Shown: positions 8,499 through 18,742, counted from the stretch's first letter. The stretch: DNA of 64,000 nucleotides from an uncultured Verrucomicrobiae bacterium (GCA_963837955.1 CAWIPH010000002.1:2432001-2496000), one strand, 5' to 3'. Numbers and translations are program-made. Notes: generated from the letters alone by a model not told the origin.

Positions 8499-9638
8499 AT
8501 GGACAACAATCACAAGGCGAAACTGTATAAACAGGGAATCCCTATGCTCGCCTTCCTCCCGCTATTGGCCCTTATCGCCGGTCAAGCCGCAGCATCAGCA
8601 TCCTCTTCCGATGGGTGGGAAGTAGCCTCTCCCGAATCTGTCGGATTGGATTCAGCACTTCTAAATACCCTCATCCAGAAAATTCGTGCCGGCGAATTTC
8701 AGAATATCCACGCGCTCCTCATCGTGCGTAATGGCAAACTTGCGGTCGACGAATACTTCAATGGGCCGGACGAACGTCGCGGTGAGCCGCTTGGTACCGT
8801 GCAATTCAATTCCTCGAAGCTCCACGATTTGCGCTCGGTCACAAAGAGCGTTGTTTCCGCTTTATTTGGGATTGCGCTGACCAAAGATCCAAAAAGGAAT
8901 ATCGACGATCCTGTCCTTTCCTATTTCCCTGAATATGAAGATCTGGAGACACCCGATCGGCAGGCTATCCGGCTCCGAGACCTATTATCCATGATGGCCG
9001 GATGGGAGTGGAACGAAGACCTCTCATACCTCGACCCTCTTAATAGTGAAATACAGATGGACGCTGCGCCAGACCGATACCGGTTCGTTTTAGAGCGGCC
9101 GATCGTCGCAAAACCAGGCCAGCAATTCAAATATAACGGCGGATGCACGTCGCTGCTTGCTGCCCTAATAGAGCGGTGGACGAAATTGCCATTGGATAAG
9201 TATGCCGAACAGGTGCTATTTCGCCCGCTGGGAATTTCTGAATACGAATGGTTGAAGGATTCCGATGGCAGGCCAATTGCCGCTTCAGGTTTGCGGTTGC
9301 GTCCACGCGATCTCGCAAAATTCGCTTCACTCTATTTGCATAAGGGTCGCTGGCGCGACGCGCAGGTAATCCCCGAGACGTGGGTTGATGCTTCGCTCGC
9401 TCCACACATTACAGTGGAGGATCAATTGCAGTATGGATACCAGTGGTGGCTGTGGTCAGGGAGTGAAAAGACATTCGCCTGGGCGGCCGCGTTCGGCAAC
9501 GGCGGGCAGAGGGCATGGGTGGTTCCGTCGGCGGATCTGGTAGTGGTTGTGACCGCCGGGCTCTATAACTTGCCCGATAGCAGCGCCGTGCTGCGTAAGT
9601 TGTTCGCAAACTATATTCTACCCGCAGCGGTAAATTAG
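8499..9638 (+). CDS. Serine hydrolase, beta-lactamase/AmpC-related family, probably exported (start 8499 or 8544)
   Basis: RSVTKS (SxxK), PGQQFKYN, ASGLRLRPRDLAKF, YGYQWW and GNGGQ motifs; signal-like LLALIAGQAAA. Confidence 0.88.
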   Translation: MDNNHKAKLYKQGIPMLAFLPLLALIAGQAAASASSSDGWEVASPESVGLDSALLNTLIQKIRAGEFQNIHALLIVRNGKLAVDEYFNGPDERRGEPLGTVQFNSSKLHDLRSVTKSVVSALFGIALTKDPKRNIDDPVLSYFPEYEDLETPDRQAIRLRDLLSMMAGWEWNEDLSYLDPLNSEIQMDAAPDRYRFVLERPIVAKPGQQFKYNGGCTSLLAALIERWTKLPLDKYAEQVLFRPLGISEYEWLKDSDGRPIAASGLRLRPRDLAKFASLYLHKGRWRDAQVIPETWVDASLAPHITVEDQLQYGYQWWLWSGSEKTFAWAAAFGNGGQRAWVVPSADLVVVVTAGLYNLPDSSAVLRKLFANYILPAAVN

Positions 9639-9866
9639 AATGGACAAAAGGGGATAATGGTCCGCCGGTGACGCTCGCCCCGAAGGGTTTGGGTGCATTC
9701 GCGAATGGCAGACCTGCGGCTACCGAACATGCGCTGCTGATTCTTGGCTCCCGAATTCTTTATCTCCGCGCCTCTGCGGTTAGATTTCATCTCGATTGGC
9801 AACCCACCGGAATCTTGCGAGCCGGACCCGGCGCGAATAGTCTAAAAGACCCTGCGGAGGCCTGTT

Positions 9867-10352
9867 ATGGAAATACCAAAAAAATTGATCAGCTACTTGA
9901 ACGAAAAGAGAGTCACCTACGAAATATTGCATCATCCGGAAGCCTTTACTGCACAAACCGTCGCGGCGGCTGAGCATGTTAAGGGCCGTCATCATGCCAA
10001 GGTAGTCATGGTGAAATCCGGCGGCCAGCACTTGATGGCCGTGTTGCCTGCGGACTGTCGCGTCGACCTGGAAAAACTCGAGAAACTAACCGCCAAACCC
10101 ACTTCATTGGAAACCGAAGCGGATTTCAAAGAGCTGTTTCCGGACTGTGCGCCTGGCACCATGCCCCCATTTGGCGATCTTTATGGATTACCGACCTACG
10201 TAGATAAAAACTTGGCCAAAGAAGATTATATCGTCTTCGAGGCTGGCACTCATACCGATGCGATTAGGCTTAGCTATAGTGACTATGAGAGGACTGCCCA
10301 ACCGCACGTTGAAGATTTCGCGACCAAGCTGCGTTCGATTAAGCGACCTTAA
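9867..10352 (+). CDS. YbaK/EbsC family aminoacyl-tRNA deacylase-like protein
   Basis: HPEAFTAQ, AKVVMVK, FPDCAPGTMPPFG and FEAGTH motifs; GGAGG ribosome-binding site upstream. Confidence 0.9.
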   Translation: MEIPKKLISYLNEKRVTYEILHHPEAFTAQTVAAAEHVKGRHHAKVVMVKSGGQHLMAVLPADCRVDLEKLEKLTAKPTSLETEADFKELFPDCAPGTMPPFGDLYGLPTYVDKNLAKEDYIVFEAGTHTDAIRLSYSDYERTAQPHVEDFATKLRSIKRP

Positions 10353-10462
10353 CCCCTGAAGGGTGGGGCGAAACCCCTGACAGGTAGGGCTAAACCCCTG
10401 ACGGGTAGGGCGAAACACATCGTTGAGCGACAGCGAGATCAGATGTGTGAGCCAAGAAATGG
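10352..10462. repeat. Three tandem ~21-bp units of the GTAGGGCGAAAC REP family plus flank
   Basis: ACCCCTGAAGGGTGGGGCGAA / ACCCCTGACAGGTAGGGCTAA / ACCCCTGACGGGTAGGGCGAA; 10403-10460 matches 49143-49203 in reverse. Confidence 0.75.
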
Positions 10463-10559
10463 GGCAGCCCAAAGGTCCTAACGATCCAGCGGCTGCTTAT
10501 CTCCGTCTGCATAAGCATTGCAATCAGGCTCGCACAATTGTCCCTAGTGATGAGGCAAC

Positions 10560-10791
10560 CGATCCCGGAGGGAGCTAATGAAAGAAGCCCAGGACGAAGT
10601 GCTGGGAAATAATGCGAAAAGAGACGTCCGTCCCGCGAGGGACGATCGAAGTGTTTTGGCTCCTCGTCCTCTGGTATGCGGCTTCACCAGCGTAAGCACC
10701 CGTCGATCGTCCCGTCCGGGACGGCCCGTCTTTTTTGAACGCCACCCCAGCACTTCGTACTGGGCTACTTTCATCGGATCCCTCCGGGATC
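10560..10791. repeat. ~230-bp imperfect palindrome (MITE/REPIN-like)
   Basis: CGATCCCGGAGGGA..ATGAAAG.AGCCCAG.ACGAAGTGCTGGG pairs with CCCAGCACTTCGT.CTGGGCT.CTTTCAT..TCCCTCCGGGATCG; inner CGTCCCG..GGGACG hairpins. Confidence 0.8.
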
Positions 10792-10898
10792 GATTGCTCT
10801 CGGCGCATGGCCTTACCTTAGGTTGCGAGCATCCGCATCAGCACCGCTTTTTCGCCGTCTGCGAGCCAAATCTGTGGCGCCGGTTCAAGCGCTCAGTC

Positions 10899-10913
10899 GT
10901 CTCATTTTGAGAC
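10899..10913. promoter_or_regulatory. Putative enhancer (UAS) for a sigma-54 activator
   Basis: Perfect palindrome GTCTCA-N3-TGAGAC about 100 bp upstream of a -24/-12 motif; the same 14-mer recurs at 30961-30974. Confidence 0.6.
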
Positions 10914-11010
10914 TGGGAATCCTATTTTGGAATCCGTTTTGGTGCTCTCTCCAAAATGGCAACGGACGTAACAAGCTCGTAAGCAGGCATTTGCGACGTA
11001 TTTGCCAAGT

Positions 11011-11025
11011 TGGCACGACTCATGC
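11011..11025 (+). promoter_or_regulatory. Putative sigma-54 (-24/-12) promoter
   Basis: TGGCACGACTCATGC fits TGGCAC-N5-xTGC with GG-N10-GC spacing, 24 bp before the first ORF of the exporter cluster. Confidence 0.7.
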
Positions 11026-11049
11026 CTATAGAGAGACAAGAATCAAGGA

Positions 11050-11340
11050 ATGACCATGAAGATTATCCGATTTCCGCTAGTTCAAAGGGACGAGAAAGCC
11101 ATAATACCCAATAACCTGAAGGCGTCTTCGTCGCTCCTTCTTCAGTATCGAGATGGCGCGAGCGACGAGTTTTTGGTATGGGCTATTTGTGTTGTTTGCG
11201 CTGTCGCGTCCATCGTTCTCTGCTTTAGCCAGCTTCAAAGCGATGTGAACCATATTCAGCGTGAACACTTCTCCCACCTGAGCGCGAGTCAGTTGGCCGA
11301 CGAAACTCCATCCCCGACTGACGTCTCGAAAGAGTTGTGA
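11050..11340 (+). CDS. Small hypothetical protein with one hydrophobic segment
   Basis: Directly follows the sigma-54 motif; FLVWAICVVCAVASIVLCF is a likely TM helix; the stop overlaps the possible adaptor start (GTGA). Confidence 0.45.
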   Translation: MTMKIIRFPLVQRDEKAIIPNNLKASSSLLLQYRDGASDEFLVWAICVVCAVASIVLCFSQLQSDVNHIQREHFSHLSASQLADETPSPTDVSKEL

Positions 11341-12671
11341 TGAGCCGCGCCCGCCAAAGCAACGGCAGCGGGATAGATCCGCGTCCCACCCAAAGCCCGC
11401 TTTCTTCGCGGATGGATATCCCAAGAAAGGGCTACCAACAGAAGCGTTGGCGAAATCGCCTCTTTGTTGGCGTTGGTTTGGTGTTGGTGATCGGTGGGTT
11501 AACTTTCTTTATCTCACGACTGAAGCCCGCGTTGCCCTCAGTCGATCGGAATTCTGTTTGGATCGATACGGTCGTGCATGGACCGCTGGTTCGCGATGTT
11601 CGCGGTATTGGCACGCTAGTACCAGAAGATGTGCGCTGGATCCCCGCCCGGACGGACGCGCGGGTTGAGCGGATCGTGGTGTGGCCAGGAACGGAAGTTA
11701 ATAAGGACACAGTGCTCTTGGTATTGAGCAGCGCAGAGCTTGAGCAGCAGGCCTTGGATTCTGATGCCGCGGTGAAAAGTGCCCAAGCCAAGCTGACCCA
11801 ACTCGAAGCCCAACTGGAAGGCGAGCGATTGGAACGGCAAGCAGCACTCACTAAGGCGCAGGCAGATCGGGATACGGCGGCCGCTGAGATGGAAGCCGAC
11901 GAAAGATTGGCGAAGGGAGGATTAATCGCTTCTCTGGATTTTAAGAAGGCGCAGATCGCCGCCACGGAGCAAGCCGCCAATTTCGAAGTGGAAAAACAAC
12001 GTTACGAATTTGCCAAGCGATCGATTGAACCGCGACTGGCAGTCGCTCAGGGCGATCTGGACCAGGCGAAAGCACAAGCGCTTTTGCATCACAGCCAAGT
12101 GGATGCTCTCCAAGTGCGAGCCGGAATGGACGGGGTGCTCCAGCAAATCCCGGTCGATGTTGGGCAACGTGTCTCTGCTGGGACTAGCCTCGCCAGAGTA
12201 GCGGATAACACCAAATTAAAAGCGCAGATCAAGATTCCCGAAACCCAAGCACGCGACATCGCAATCGGCCAAATCTCCCAAGTCGATATGCGAAATGGCA
12301 GCATTGTCACCGGTAAAGTATCGCGGATTGATCCGGCCGTGCGGGAGGGAACAGTCCTGGTCGATGTGAGCTTTAACGGAGCGACTCTACCGCGCGGCGC
12401 CCGGCCGGACCTGAGTGTGGAAGGAACAATCGAGTTAGATCGACTAACCGACGCCATCTACGTGGGCCGGCCCGCTTTCGGCCAGGATGATTCCACGATC
12501 AGTCTTTTCAAACTCGATCCTGACGGAACCTTGGCCACTCGCGTGAAAGTTCGATTGGGCCGCGGCTCAGCTACCAAGGCAGTCGTCGAAGAAGGTCTCC
12601 GGCCCGATGATCGCGTTATTTTATCTGATACCAGCGCTTTCGATAGCCACGACCGGATACAGCTGCGGTGA
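11337..12671 (+). CDS. HlyD-family periplasmic adaptor (membrane fusion protein); start may be ATG 11412
   Basis: N-terminal TM, VRGIGTLVPE, long coiled coil, lipoyl/barrel motifs (VDVGQRVSAGTSLARVAD), GKVSRIDPAV, RPDLSVEGTIEL. Confidence 0.92.
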   Translation: MMSRARQSNGSGIDPRPTQSPLSSRMDIPRKGYQQKRWRNRLFVGVGLVLVIGGLTFFISRLKPALPSVDRNSVWIDTVVHGPLVRDVRGIGTLVPEDVRWIPARTDARVERIVVWPGTEVNKDTVLLVLSSAELEQQALDSDAAVKSAQAKLTQLEAQLEGERLERQAALTKAQADRDTAAAEMEADERLAKGGLIASLDFKKAQIAATEQAANFEVEKQRYEFAKRSIEPRLAVAQGDLDQAKAQALLHHSQVDALQVRAGMDGVLQQIPVDVGQRVSAGTSLARVADNTKLKAQIKIPETQARDIAIGQISQVDMRNGSIVTGKVSRIDPAVREGTVLVDVSFNGATLPRGARPDLSVEGTIELDRLTDAIYVGRPAFGQDDSTISLFKLDPDGTLATRVKVRLGRGSATKAVVEEGLRPDDRVILSDTSAFDSHDRIQLR

Positions 12672-12683
12672 TCGGTGAGGCGC

Positions 12684-12912
12684 TAATCAGTAATCGGTAA
12701 TCGGTAATCGGTAATCAGTAATCAGTAATCAGTAATCAGTAATCAGTAATCAGTAATCAGTAATCAGTAATCAGTAATTAACTATCCATAATATCACATG
12801 AGATTCTTCCCGGAACCATCAAACATTGGCCGATTATATATTTCACCCTACTACTATGGTCTGATCGCACTGATCACTGATCACCGATTACTGAACACTG
12901 ATTACTGATTAC
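12684..12912. repeat. Heptamer-armed element: (TAATCRG)x13 at 12684-12774, conserved core, complementary CTGATTA/CTGATCA heptamers at about 12868-12912
   Basis: Directly readable tandem repeat; a second copy with the same core and fewer heptamers lies at about 17852-17990. Confidence 0.9.
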
Positions 12913-12924
12913 GGCTCACCTCGG

Positions 12925-15366
12925 ATGCCTTCTCTCTTCCAAGATTTCCGGTACGCCTGGCGGCTTCTCCTAAAGTCGCCTGGATTTACAGCGCTGGCAG
13001 TTTTAACCCTTGGCGTAGGTATCGGTGCCAACGTCACGGTCTTCAGTGTTCTTAATTCTGTGCTGGTCCGGTCTCTGCCGTTGCCGCAACCAGAGCAACT
13101 TGTCAGGCTGTACTCGGACTGGGAGCCGGCTTTGCCCGACAGCTACGTTTCCGCGCCAGATTTTTTGGATTGGCGAGAAAGAAACACGATGTTTGCCGGT
13201 CTGGCTGGTTGCCGGATCAAAGACGTTGGACTCCAACGAAGCGAGGGAGCGGAAAAGATCACGCTGGCAGCTGTGTCCGCGAACTATTTCCAACTGATCG
13301 GCGTGGGTCCGAGCGTAGGACGTGGTTTCACACCAAGCGAGGGTGAGTCCGGCGATTCTCTCGTTGCCGTTCTCAGCGAGAGTCTCTGCCGCCGCTTGTT
13401 TGGATCAATCGAAGGGATTTTGGGACGCTCGGTTCAATTGAATGCCGAGTCTTACACCGTCGTTGGCGTCATGCCGGCCGACTTTCATTTCCCTGACGAA
13501 AAGATTCAAGTCTGGATTCCCTTGCATTTCAGCGAGCCGCAACTGCGCGATCGAGGCATTCGCTGGCTGACAGTTTACGGCAGGTTGAAGCCAGGGATAA
13601 CCCTGGCGCAAGCTGGACCGCAAATGTCGAGTATCGCGGCGAGCCTCGCTCGCGAAGACCCTACTGACAATACCGGATTCGGCATCCGGTTGGTTCCGCT
13701 GCAAGAAGACATTGTCGGGAAAAACCGTCCTGCACTCCTGTTGCTGCAGGGTGCGGTAGGCTGCATGCTTTTGATCGCGTCTATCAATTTAGCAAACCTG
13801 TTATTATCCCGGGCCTTGAGCCGCCGCCGAGAACTTGCCATTCGTGCCTCGCTCGGGGCAAGTCGCTGGCGGTTAGTACAGCAATTGTTGGCGGAGAGTC
13901 TGTCGCTTGGAGGATTGGGCGGAATTCTGGGAGTCGTGCTGGCTAATTGGGGCGTTGGCCTATTCACCTTCTTTGCTAAAGCACTCATACCGCGATCATC
14001 AGAAATTCAGATCGACGCGGGTGCGCTCTGGTTTACCCTAGCACTGTCCCTCCTAGTTGGAGTGTTCTGCGGGTTGCTGCCGGCTCTCGCCATATCGAGC
14101 GGTGTCCAGAGTAATCTCCGTGAGAATTCCCGCGGTTCTGTCGGCGGAATTCATCAGACAATTTTGCGGAACGCTTTGGTTATCGCAGAAATTGGATGCG
14201 CTCTGGTTGTGCTGAGTTGTGCTGGGTTGCTTCTGCGCTCGTTTCTAAAAGTGGAGGAGACCGATTCGGGTATCAATCACTCCGAAAAGGTGTTAACTGC
14301 TTCGCTCTCGTTGCCGCCAGTTCGTTACCCAACAGATCAGTCTATTGGATCTTTCTATCGGCTTACGCAGGAAAAGCTGACGCAGATGCCGGGAGTAAAG
14401 TCGGCTGGGGCGGTTACCGTACTGCCACTCACATCGGGTAATTCTGATCTTTCCTTTCAGGTCGTAGGCCGGCCGGCCTTTCCTCAGGGTCAGCAACCGC
14501 TTGCTCGATTTCGCGTGATCAGCGGTAACTATTTTCAAGCAGCCGGTATTCCCCTGGTTGCTGGCCGGTTCTTCGATGAACAAGATGGGCCGGACGCTCC
14601 CCCCAGAATTCTGATCAATCGCGCCATGGCACTTCACTTCTGGAATAGTGCGGAAGACGCGATCGGAAACAAGATCGACAGCGAAACCGGGTGGATCGGC
14701 ACCATCGTCGGCGTGGTGGGCGACGTACATAACTTCGGTTTAGCTGCCCCCATCCGTGACGAATTCTACTATCCAGTGAGCCAGGCGCCGCACTACGGTG
14801 ATGCCGGATCGAACGATGCACTTGCAATGGTATTGGTCATTCGCGCCGCGGATTCAATCGATCCCGAAACGCTCATTGGTCCGTTGCGACAGAGAATCGC
14901 AGAAATCGATTCGGCCGTCCCGCTTTCGAGAGTTAACACTTGGTCTCAACTGATCGCCGATTCGATTGGTGATCGCCGGCTGAACCTTTGGTTTGTTGGT
15001 AGTTTCGCCTTAGTGGCGCTGATTCTCGCGGCAATGGGCCTTTACAGTGTGGTCTCTTACGGTGTCGCCCAGCGAACACGAGAGATCGCTGTCCGCGCAG
15101 CACTAGGTGCGCAACGCCTCGATATATTTCGTTTGGTTCTGGGCGAAGCAACCAAGTTGATGGGAATCGGCATCGCCGCTGGTCTGTTAGCCTCCTTTTG
15201 CCTGACGCACCTAATACAAGGCCTCGTCTATGGCGTTGGCACCGCCGATCCACCAACTTTCCTAGCAGTAATCGCGCTACTGTTGTTGATCGGATTGGTT
15301 GCGAATTTCCTTCCTGCCCATCGAGCGATGAATATTAACCCCACTAATGCGCTCAGAGAAGAATAA
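12925..15366 (+). CDS. ABC permease 1, duplicated MacB_PCD/FtsX (ADOP-type)
   Basis: [38 protein letters not shown], second half QRTREIAVRAALGA, C-terminal INPTNALREE. Confidence 0.93.
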   Translation: MPSLFQDFRYAWRLLLKSPGFTALAVLTLGVGIGANVTVFSVLNSVLVRSLPLPQPEQLVRLYSDWEPALPDSYVSAPDFLDWRERNTMFAGLAGCRIKDVGLQRSEGAEKITLAAVSANYFQLIGVGPSVGRGFTPSEGESGDSLVAVLSESLCRRLFGSIEGILGRSVQLNAESYTVVGVMPADFHFPDEKIQVWIPLHFSEPQLRDRGIRWLTVYGRLKPGITLAQAGPQMSSIAASLAREDPTDNTGFGIRLVPLQEDIVGKNRPALLLLQGAVGCMLLIASINLANLLLSRALSRRRELAIRASLGASRWRLVQQLLAESLSLGGLGGILGVVLANWGVGLFTFFAKALIPRSSEIQIDAGALWFTLALSLLVGVFCGLLPALAISSGVQSNLRENSRGSVGGIHQTILRNALVIAEIGCALVVLSCAGLLLRSFLKVEETDSGINHSEKVLTASLSLPPVRYPTDQSIGSFYRLTQEKLTQMPGVKSAGAVTVLPLTSGNSDLSFQVVGRPAFPQGQQPLARFRVISGNYFQAAGIPLVAGRFFDEQDGPDAPPRILINRAMALHFWNSAEDAIGNKIDSETGWIGTIVGVVGDVHNFGLAAPIRDEFYYPVSQAPHYGDAGSNDALAMVLVIRAADSIDPETLIGPLRQRIAEIDSAVPLSRVNTWSQLIADSIGDRRLNLWFVGSFALVALILAAMGLYSVVSYGVAQRTREIAVRAALGAQRLDIFRLVLGEATKLMGIGIAAGLLASFCLTHLIQGLVYGVGTADPPTFLAVIALLLLIGLVANFLPAHRAMNINPTNALREE

Positions 15367-15408
15367 CAAACCCAACTGTAACCTGCAACCTGTAACCACC
15401 AACCATCC

Positions 15409-17850
15409 ATGCCTTCGCTGATCCAAGACTTCCGCTATGCCCTGCGGCTTTTACTAAAGTCGCCCGGGTTCGCAGTGTTGGCAGTAGTCACGTTGGGCAT
15501 TGGTATCGGTGCCAACGTGACGGTATTCAGCGTTCTGAATGCTATCTTGGTGCGATCTCTGCCGTTGCCGCAACCGCAACAACTTGTTCGCGTGTATTCG
15601 GAGTGGGAGCCGGCGTGGCCGTGCAGTAATGTTTCCGCGCCAGACTTTCTGGATTGGCGGGACAGGAACACAATGTTTGCCGGCCTGGCGGCCTGCCGGA
15701 TCAGAGAAATTACGCTCCAACAAAGCGATAGAGCAGAGAGAATCACGACGGCAGCGGTGTCCGCAAATTACTTTCAATTGATCGGAGTGAGTCCAACTCT
15801 AGGACGCGGTTTTCTAACGAACGAAGATCAGCCAGGTAGTTCTCACGTTACCGTTCTCAGCCAGGGCCTTTGCCGCCGCTTGTTTGGATCGACTGATGGA
15901 GTCTTGGGACGTTCGATTCAGTTGGATGCCGAATCCTACGTGATCGTTGGCATCATGCCGGCCGACTTTCATTTTCCGGACGAAACGATTCAGCTTTGGA
16001 TTCCAGTAAATTTCACCGAGGCGCAATTGCGGGATCGCGGGAACCGCTGGCTAACGATTTACGGTAGATTGAAGCCGGGTGTGACCGTAGCGCGAGCCAG
16101 GCAGGAAATGGTGGGGATCGGAGCGGATCTCGCTCGCGAATATCCGAACGACAATACCGGACTCGGAATCCGTCTGGTTGCGCTTCACGAAGACATCGTC
16201 GCGAAACAGCGTCCTGCGCTCTTGCTGCTACAGGGAGCAGTCGGCTGTATGCTTCTGATCGCGTCCATTAATTTAGCGAATCTATTGTTATCCCGGGCGC
16301 TAAGCCGGAGGCGCGAACTCGCTATTCGTGCTTCGCTCGGGGCAAGCCGTTGGCGCCTAGCGCAACAGTTGCTGGCCGAGAGCCTCTTGCTTGCCGCGGC
16401 CGGTGGGGTTCTGGGGATCTTGCTAGCCAATTGGGGAGTTGATTTATTCAGGCTCTTGGCCGAGACGCTGCTTCCGCGTTCATCGGAAATTCAGATCGAC
16501 ACGCGTGCGCTTGGTTTTACGCTGCTGCTTTCCATCCTGGTCGGTATTCTCTGCGGGTTGCTACCGGCGCTGGCCATATCCGACGGCATGCAACGCACGC
16601 TCCGCGAGAACTCCCGCAGCTCGGTGGGGGGAGTTCGTCAAGCGATGTTGAGAAACGCGTTGGTCATTGCAGAAATTGGTTGTGCACTGGTCGTGCTTAG
16701 CTGTGCCGGGTTGCTTCTCCGATCTTTTCTCAAATTGGAGGAGACCGATTCTGGCATTGCTCATTCAGAGAAGATATTGACTGCTTCGCTGTCGTTGCCA
16801 CCGGTGCTCTATCCGACAGATCAATCTGTGAGGTCATTCTACCAAGTGGCTCAACAGAGAATGGCGCAAATACCCGGAGTAAAATCAGCTGGGGCGATTA
16901 GTTTGCTGCCATTAACGCCGGGAGACACCGATACTAGCTTCCAGATTACCGGCAGACCGCCTTTTCCTCAGGGTCAGCAACCGGTTGCTCAACTGCGCGT
17001 GGTCAGTGGTAATTACTTTCAATCTGCCAGTGTTCCATTGATTGCGGGCCGGCTCTTCGATGAACGGGATGGACCTGACGCTCCCGCTACCATTCTGATT
17101 AATCGCTCCATGGCTCTTCGTTTCTGGAAGAGCGCAGAAGCCGCGATCGGAAACAAGATCGATAACGAAGCTGGCTGGGTCGGCACAATTGTCGGCGTAG
17201 TGGGTGACGTTCACCATTTCGGTTTAGCTGCGCCGGTCCGTGATGAATTCTATTATTCGGTGAACGAGGCGCCGGGCTACGGAGCACCCGGCGCAAGCTT
17301 GGCTCAAGGAATGGTTTTGGTGATTCGGGCGGCGGATTCAATCGATCCCGAAACCCTCATTGGACCTTTGTGCCAGAACATAAAAGAAATTGATTCGGCC
17401 GTACCGCTTTCGAGAATTAGCCTCTGGTCCAAGTTAATCTCTGATTCGGTTGGCGATCGCCGTTTGAATCTTTGGTTTGTCGGCAGTTTCGCTTCAGTAG
17501 CGCTCATTCTCGCGGCGATGGGCCTCTATAGTGTGATCTCTTACGGTGTGGCCCAACGCACCCGAGAAATCGCTGTGCGCGCTGCGCTCGGTGCGCGGCG
17601 CTTCGATATCTTTCGACTTGTCTTGAGTGAAGCAACCAGGCTAATGGGGATCGGCATTGCTGCAGGTCTTTTTGCCTCGTTCTGCCTGACGCACCTGATG
17701 CAAGGCCTCGTCTATGGCGTCGGCACCGCTGATCCGCAGACTTTCCTCGGAGTGATCGTACTGCTGCTGTTGATCGGTCTGATCGCGAACTACCTTCCGG
17801 CTCACCGAGCGATGAATATAAATCCCACCATGGCGCTTAGGGAAGAATAG
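15409..17850 (+). CDS. ABC permease 2, ADOP-type; close paralogue of permease 1
   Basis: Same 813-aa length and motifs, with long stretches identical to permease 1. Confidence 0.93.
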   Translation: MPSLIQDFRYALRLLLKSPGFAVLAVVTLGIGIGANVTVFSVLNAILVRSLPLPQPQQLVRVYSEWEPAWPCSNVSAPDFLDWRDRNTMFAGLAACRIREITLQQSDRAERITTAAVSANYFQLIGVSPTLGRGFLTNEDQPGSSHVTVLSQGLCRRLFGSTDGVLGRSIQLDAESYVIVGIMPADFHFPDETIQLWIPVNFTEAQLRDRGNRWLTIYGRLKPGVTVARARQEMVGIGADLAREYPNDNTGLGIRLVALHEDIVAKQRPALLLLQGAVGCMLLIASINLANLLLSRALSRRRELAIRASLGASRWRLAQQLLAESLLLAAAGGVLGILLANWGVDLFRLLAETLLPRSSEIQIDTRALGFTLLLSILVGILCGLLPALAISDGMQRTLRENSRSSVGGVRQAMLRNALVIAEIGCALVVLSCAGLLLRSFLKLEETDSGIAHSEKILTASLSLPPVLYPTDQSVRSFYQVAQQRMAQIPGVKSAGAISLLPLTPGDTDTSFQITGRPPFPQGQQPVAQLRVVSGNYFQSASVPLIAGRLFDERDGPDAPATILINRSMALRFWKSAEAAIGNKIDNEAGWVGTIVGVVGDVHHFGLAAPVRDEFYYSVNEAPGYGAPGASLAQGMVLVIRAADSIDPETLIGPLCQNIKEIDSAVPLSRISLWSKLISDSVGDRRLNLWFVGSFASVALILAAMGLYSVISYGVAQRTREIAVRAALGARRFDIFRLVLSEATRLMGIGIAAGLFASFCLTHLMQGLVYGVGTADPQTFLGVIVLLLLIGLIANYLPAHRAMNINPTMALREE

Positions 17851-17851
17851 C

Positions 17852-17990
17852 TAATCGGTAGTCAGTAATCAGTAATTAACTATCCACAATATAACATGAG
17901 ATTCTTCGCAGAATTGTCAAACATCGGCAGACCATACTGCTATGGTATGATCGCACTGATTACTGATCACTGGTCACCGATTACTTACTG
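17852..17990. repeat. Second copy of the heptamer-armed element
   Basis: AGTAATTAACTATCCACAATATAACATGAGATTCTT core is shared with 12773-12810; CACTGATTACTGATCAC right arm. Confidence 0.8.
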
Positions 17991-18022
17991 CCCAACGATC
18001 ATAGACTACCACCGTTAAAACT

Positions 18023-18742
18023 ATGCCCAGCGAAGCCTTAATCCACTTAGACGGCCTGAAGAAAGTGTTTCTCACAGACGAGATCGAGACCCACGCGTTA
18101 GCCGGAATTTATCTCGAGATTTTGAAAGGAGAATATGTCGCGATCGCCGGACCGAGCGGATGTGGCAAATCAACACTGCTATCGATTCTGGGACTTCTCG
18201 ATTCGCCGAGCGAAGGCACTTATCTGCTCAATGGTAAACAGGTCGAGGAACTGAACGCGAGCGAGCGAGCGCACATTCGAAATCGGGAGATTGGATTTAT
18301 TTTTCAGAGCTTCAATTTGATTGGTGACTTAACGGTATATGAAAACGTGGAATTACCGTTAACTTATCGACGCGATATGCCCCGGCCAGAACGTAAGAAG
18401 CGCGTTCTGGAATCGTTGCACCGAGTGGGCATGAGTCACCGGCAGCGACATTATCCAAATCAACTGAGCGGCGGTCAGCAACAACGAGTCGCTGTGGCTC
18501 GCGCCCTGGCAGGCTCTCCTTCGATTCTGTTGGCGGACGAACCGACCGGGAATCTGGACAGTAAGAACGGAGATGCCGTCATGGACCTGCTTTCCGAGCT
18601 GCATCAGGGAGGAGCAACCATCTGTATGGTTACCCATGACAGCCGGTTCGCCCAATATGCGAAGCGTACGGTTCATCTATTTGACGGACAAATAGTGGCT
18701 GAAGATGAGAACGCAAGGGAGGAGATGGGCGCGAGACGGTAG
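18023..18742 (+). CDS. ABC transporter ATP-binding protein A (LolD/MacB type)
   Basis: [43 protein letters not shown] and VTHD motifs. Confidence 0.95.
   Translation: MPSEALIHLDGLKKVFLTDEIETHALAGIYLEILKGEYVAIAGPSGCGKSTLLSILGLLDSPSEGTYLLNGKQVEELNASERAHIRNREIGFIFQSFNLIGDLTVYENVELPLTYRRDMPRPERKKRVLESLHRVGMSHRQRHYPNQLSGGQQQRVAVARALAGSPSILLADEPTGNLDSKNGDAVMDLLSELHQGGATICMVTHDSRFAQYAKRTVHLFDGQIVAEDENAREEMGARR

Noticed and set aside
8499..9638. Calling the serine hydrolase a true beta-lactamase resistance gene
   Set aside because: SxxK/YxN-type motifs are shared with esterases and amidases; activity cannot be inferred from sequence.
10544..10910. ORFs 10544-10774, 10575-10808 and 10578-10910
   Set aside because: They lie on a long palindrome, give similar peptides on both strands and have no recognisable domain.
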